Origin: Eledone cirrhosa
Taxonomy: Eukaryota
DNA length: 64,000 nt
Direction of reading: 5' to 3'
Assembly: GCA_964016885.1 (NCBI GenBank)
Contig: OZ024742.1
Span: forward strand, 371,132,001-371,196,000
Shown piece by piece: positions 63,301-64,000 of the stretch; positions within the stretch are counted from its first letter, which is position 1; every line of letters starts with the position of its first letter. The notes under the pieces were generated by a model, which did not search any database, had not been told where the DNA came from, and saw only the letters and a program-made list of their open reading frames with translations. The translations under genes and the position numbers were made by a program.

Positions 63301-64000
63301 GAAATATGGTAATGAAAGGGTTAATGACAGTGTCTTTCATTAGAAATATGGTAATGAAAGAGTTAATGACATAGACAGTGTCTTTCATTAGAAATATGGT
63401 AATGAAAGGGTTAATGACATAAACTGTCTTTCATTAGAAATATGGTAATGAAAGGGTTAATGACATAAACAGGGTCTTACATTAGAAATATGGTAATGAA
63501 AGGGTTCATGACAGTGTCTTTCATTAGAAATATGGTAATGAAAGGGTTAATGACATAAACAGTGTCATTCATTAGAAATATGGTAATGAAAGGGTTAATG
63601 ACATAAACAGTGTCTTTCATTAGAAATATGGTAATGAAAGGGGTAATGATATGGTCAGTGTCTTTCATTAGAAATATAGTAATGAAAGGGTTAATGACAT
63701 AAACAGGGTCTTTCATTAGAAATATGATAATGAAAGGGTTAATGACAGTGTCTTTCATTAGAAATATGGTAATGAAAGGGTTAATGAAATAAACAGTTGT
63801 CTTTCATTAGAAATATGGTAATGAAAGAGTTAATGACATACACAGTGTCTTTCATTAGAAATATGGTAATGAAAGGGTTAATGACATAAACTGTCTTTCA
63901 TTAGAAATATGGTAATGAAAGGGTTAATGACAGTGTCTTTCATTAGAAATATAGTAATGAAAGGGTTAATGACATAAACAGGGTCTTTCATTAGAAATAT
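45389..64000. repeat. 48-bp satellite, distal block with higher-order duplications (runs off the window)
   Basis: Same monomer with 42-49 bp length variants. Variant patterns recur at multi-kb offsets. Confidence 0.99.

Noticed and set aside
38611-63758. Dozens of minus-strand ORFs (MKDTVYVINPFITIFL)n that look like membrane peptides
   Set aside because: They arise because a 48-bp monomer is a multiple of 3. Frequent 46/47/49-bp variants break the frame at random.
38600-64000. CRISPR-like array (palindromic repeat with variable linker)
   Set aside because: The linkers are short variants of one sequence, not unique spacers. The context is a eukaryotic intron with no cas genes.

Overview
Eukaryotic, AT-rich, repeat-dense animal DNA. 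The tRNA-SINE and RTE repeat families resemble those of octopus/coleoid cephalopods (inference). The only host gene is mTOR (+ strand): seven coding exons at 17993-38408 splice in frame into the N-terminal 342 codons, two of them missing from the ORF track. The next intron runs past the window end and is filled by a 48-bp satellite of more than 25 kb. Mobile elements include a near-full-length CR1/L2-group LINE whose PHD-finger ORF1 holds a 2.7-kb coding tandem repeat, two copies of an RTE LINE with a PHD finger inside the RT domain, other LINE fragments, a decayed mariner, a piggyBac with intact TIRs and TTAA sites, many TTAA-flanked MITEs, and tRNA-derived SINEs. Main observations: (1) the satellite monomer is the terminus (TIR end plus TTAA) of a local piggyBac-like MITE, seen here as single, 6-copy and roughly 450-copy states; (2) the LINE ORF1 repeat is stop-free in all three sense frames and absorbs several frameshifts; (3) a 1-kb AG-free array of branch-point-like plus polypyrimidine units abuts an mTOR acceptor; (4) long intronic fold-back structures. 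All coordinates were read by eye and no database searches were run.
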